DNA of 64,000 bases from NCBI GenBank assembly GCA_965649825.1, contig OZ287696.1:477101-541100 (forward strand), read 5' to 3'. Positions 60,556 to 64,000 of this stretch are shown here, piece after piece. Below the pieces are notes generated by a model. That model made no database searches. It was not told where the DNA came from and saw only the letters and a list, made by a program, of their open reading frames with translations. The first letter of the stretch is position 1. Each line of letters begins with the position of its first letter. Made by a program: the position numbers and the translations under genes. The stretch is from Penicillus capitatus. Lineage: Eukaryota; Plantae; Chlorophyta.

Positions 60556-61872
60556 ATGCGAGCCGATTGCTCATGCTGCTCTGACGCAGTCATGAAGAAA
60601 CCGCGTAAAACATCGTTGTTCTGGTCCGTGGCTTGTCCTGTCTTTGCCATCGGGTTCTTTTCAGGCGTGTTTCTAAACCACGTTACTTCCTCGAAGCATG
60701 CGTTCTTTGCAACGAGGCCTACGAATGTGAATCTTGTTGCGTCGTCGATAACGACCGAAACGCCGTCGTGTCCGTACCACCCTCCTGAGGTTCGGTATGC
60801 GCCTCTCGGCCCAGAGTTCACAAAAGAAATGTGGTGGGAAGACGTCGGAAACCGCACCCTCTACGTCGCCCCCTACACTGGACTCGCCAACACGCTACAG
60901 GCAATGGGATCGGCGCTTACAATCTCCTACAGACACAAGATCAACATACGGGTACTCTCAATTCAGGAATCGTTGGATGCATAGATGCTGTCTAGTTTGT
61001 CTTCAATCCCGATTGGTTCGGCCGAGCACAATGGGATGACCTTTTTTCTTTTCCGCTAATCAATTTCACCAGAACTTTTCCAGATGGAGAACGAAACGTT
61101 CACAAAACAACGTCCTGTAAGGTCGGATCGCCGCCTTTTAACTGGAAGGACGCAGAAGTGGAGTGGACGTCGAATCCAGAAGGCCCCGGTGAGATCGGTT
61201 GCGTGACGACATGCTGTTGGAGAGAGCCTCCATTTCCTCAAAATATTCTCTGGTTTTACAAAATCTTGCGCCCATCGGATAAGGTTCAGGAACACATCGA
61301 TGAATTCAAGAAGCTGAACGACTGGGATAACTATCAGTGGGTAGGTACCGAGCCTCCTCGTTCCTGATCCGAAAACTGTGGCCCAGGTCGGTGTGCATTT
61401 CAGAAGGACAGACAATATCGTGACGATGCAAGGGCTGATGAAGTTTATGAAAAACCCGGAGATGTTGGCGGCTGTAGACACATCGACAGCTGAGACGATG
61501 CTCCCAACGGAGAACTACTTAAAGCTGATGCAAGATCTTGCCGATAGATGGCCTGTGCACGACGTGGGACCGTATCAGGTGGTGAAACCCATTCGTTTTT
61601 TCTTGGCGACGGACAAGGATGAGTCCAAGAATCGGATTATGAGCCAATTTGCGCAAAACCAAGTGGTCTCCTTTGAAAAGGGTATAGATGAGCACGGTCT
61701 GAGAGTAGAGGTCTGGGGACTACAGTTGGCAGTCATAGATATGTTTTTGTTAGCCTCCTGCAGTGTTGTGATAGGAACACCGTTTAGTACATTCTCGGAA
61801 GCTGCCACGTACATTGGCGGCGCGCTGCAGCTGGAGCCCAATTTTGCTTACTCGAATGGCTCCCCGCAGTAG
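60556..61872 (+). CDS. Type-II membrane fucosyltransferase-superfamily protein (GT23/FUT8-NodZ-like motifs)
   Basis: Three-exon intact model: TM, GLANTL, VGVHFRRTD, FFLATD, AVIDMFLLASCSVVIGTPFSTFS. Confidence 0.82.
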
Positions 61873-61939
61873 AACGCAAATAAAAACTTGCTTGACTGAC
61901 ATCATCACTATCAGTTGGATTTTCTTCTGTTTGCTTCGT

Positions 61940-63403
61940 ATGATACGACACGCGCATCATCAACGAAATCTGCCAAGGCTTTGTGTCAAACCGACTCGGA
62001 TGTATCCTGCCAGAGTTGCCACTGCGTCGCCGCCGCCGTCCTTCCACAGTGTGTTTGATTTGGCAAAAGCGAAATCGCCAGACCTCGATGCGTTTGATCG
62101 AATCTTCGACGTCTATGCCTGCGAGGCGTCATGCTCCGTCGGCGAGATGCTCTCCCAGAAGTACGGTATGACGGTAGTTGGACGAGGCCATGCGCAACGC
62201 TCATTGCTCAAAGCCTGTTGCAGATGTTCCGACAGATAATCGGCAGTTTGTCATGAGCTTGAGCAACAGGTTCAGTCATGAGCAGACATGGTTCAATGCT
62301 GAACGCCGCAAGAAACCGCAGATCACTACAGAGAATGGATCCGTTCAAGATCCTACGCAAAACGGCGCGTCTTGTGATTTCTGTGATCCCTATCGATTCA
62401 CAGCGTCAGACGATTTTGGCAGGTCGCACATTCCATTCGGCATTTGCCCAATCGATGCTGCTAAACTTCAGGATTGAGACGCCCAGAGTGGTGTCAGCAT
62501 CGAATCTGTTTAAGTACTGTGCGCCGGGTCATGGTCTGCTCGTCTTCCGCCATCACCACCCGTTGGAATTCGACTCGGCCACTGTGCATGATTTGATGCA
62601 GTGTACACAGGAATGGATCAAAAAAGCGTCGAAGCAGCACCCCACTGCTTTGTACCCGCTGCTTATCTGGAATTGCTTAGAACGGTCTGGAGGCAGTCAA
62701 TTCCATGGACATGCTCAGATTATGCTAAGCGAGGTGCAACCAATGCATTGCGAATTGCCCTCGATGTCGCGAGTAGGTTCCTTTACCTTGTTATCAAAGA
62801 TTGAAAGCCGCCCAAGAGTCCTATGCTTCATCGTATGGCGATAAATCCTATCTGGTCACTCTTTTCGAGGCCTACCGAGAAGTGGGATTGCTGGAAACTT
62901 TTGGCAATGCTTCAGAAACGTCTGCCTGCTGGGATTAGCGATGCGCTTACTGAGAGATTGCATGTGGGCGTAGGTGTGTTGTCTACCCGAGTCTCACTCC
63001 ATGGAAGGACATGGAGGTGGTGCTGTGGAGCAGCTCACTTACGACTCCTGCATTTTGCTGTGCGCTTTCTTTGGTTTTGAAGACATTGATGGAGAAGTTC
63101 GGCATGCAGAGTTTCAATGTAGGCATTCAAGGAATGTCACTGCATCACACACCTCCATCCTGGCCAGAGCCATCCGAAGTCGGCGGAGTCATGGCAAGGT
63201 CAGGATACTGCCAATGACGATGCCATAGATGGAGAACCCTGCCGCCTAGAGTGGTATCTCGTGGGAAGATGACCAGCCGCGCCTCCGATTTTGGCGGAAT
63301 GGAGGTGTTTGGAGGCGCATCGATCGGACACACAGATCCCTTTGAGATAAAGAGAGTCATTCACGAAGACTTTCTGCAGTCACAAGAGAGGACGGATATC
63401 TAA
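61940..63403 (+). CDS. GalT/HIT-superfamily nucleotidyltransferase-like protein with an organellar-type presequence
   Basis: CDFC Zn-like motif, SASNLFKY, HGLLVF..HHPLEF, WNCLERSGGSQFHGHAQ (HxHxQ), SFNVGI, SDFGGMEVFGGASIGHTDPF. Confidence 0.7.
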
Positions 63404-63430
63404 AGCTGTTCGTTGGGTACAATCTCATAT

Positions 63431-64000
63431 TCATTCCTTTTTTCGAAAACGGAGAAAAGGGATCCGTTTTCGCACCGCTGGCTCTTCTTTCTGGTCATTG
63501 GATTCTTCATTCAGATCAAAGCGCACAGTTGGCCGGGTCTTGCTTTTCTCTTTCGGCGACGTCGAGACCCTTTCTGTAAAGGAGTTCTGACTACCCGTCA
63601 GTTCCCGATTCAGACGATGAGCGGGATGGAAGATGTTTTGTTGGTTGCTCGGGAAGAAGGAATAACTTGGCAGTCGATTGAGGGAGGACTCCAGCAACAA
63701 ATCCCTGTCACGCTCCTCCTCCTCACTCTTGGAGAAGACCATGTGAACGAGACTAAGCGATTGCTGTGAACTCCGTAGCTGCAGATCATCTTTAGGAGGA
63801 GGCACACGATCCACCTCCGTCGCAAAGCGCCGGGAAGGAAAGGACGGTGTGCGCCCAACCATCTCCGGGCCCACAGGAGACGAAGAAGAGAGGGGACTCT
63901 TTGGCAGATGCGTTTTCTCCCGAGAAGAACGAGGAGCGCCCTTCTTTTCTGTTGCGATGGGCTTGGGCTTGGGAGTTCTTGAAAGAGGGGGTAATATTAT
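63431..64000 (-). CDS. C-terminal disordered part of a gene starting beyond the window
   Basis: Open minus frame ...RPTVRFDLNEE...RIPFLRFRKKE*. Low complexity, no family recognised. Confidence 0.45.
   Translation of the reverse strand: MILPPLSRTPKPKPIATEKKGAPRSSREKTHLPKSPLSSSSPVGPEMVGRTPSFPSRRFATEVDRVPPPKDDLQLRSSQQSLSLVHMVFSKSEEEERDRDLLLESSLNRLPSYSFFPSNQQNIFHPAHRLNRELTGSQNSFTERVSTSPKEKSKTRPTVRFDLNEESNDQKEEPAVRKRIPFLRFRKKE

Noticed and set aside
1-64000. rRNA, tRNA, CRISPR arrays, intact transposases or viral genes
   Set aside because: None were recognised on either strand by eye. Small ncRNAs inside introns cannot be excluded without an Infernal/Rfam scan.

Overview
This is gene-dense eukaryotic nuclear DNA, about 35 genes in 64 kb, with short introns (mostly 45-70 nt) and very short intergenic spacers. 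It is most likely a chlorophyte green alga. Evidence: SQD2, SEC-type OGT, plant-type LysM and DUF266 genes, a BELL-like TALE homeobox, and TGTAA polyadenylation signals after several stop codons. A Bryopsidales-like compact genome is an inference only. The genetic code is standard. No rRNA, tRNA, CRISPR array or autonomous transposon was found. Most genes are housekeeping: IVD, GTP cyclohydrolase II, CAF-1 p60, SEC, SQD2, SRPRA, COX6A, MnSOD, ASCC3, PEX14, ArfGAP, USP and GTE. The best candidate for an undescribed system is a secreted, probably GPI-anchored alpha2delta/CACHD1-like protein at 39.2-42.1 kb. It has a complete dCache amino-acid-binding motif and an intact VWA MIDAS, and is fused to a C-type lectin domain. 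Other highlights: a roughly 1000-aa catalytically dead DEAD-box-like protein visible only after manual splicing; a Ser-less pseudo-lipase; a tandem GT14-like pair in which one copy has lost the conserved DE motif, inside a four-gene carbohydrate cluster; and a recent 1.35-kb direct duplication flanking a broken NEDD8-protease gene. All exon models were spliced by hand, so boundaries and several start codons are approximate. No database searches were run.
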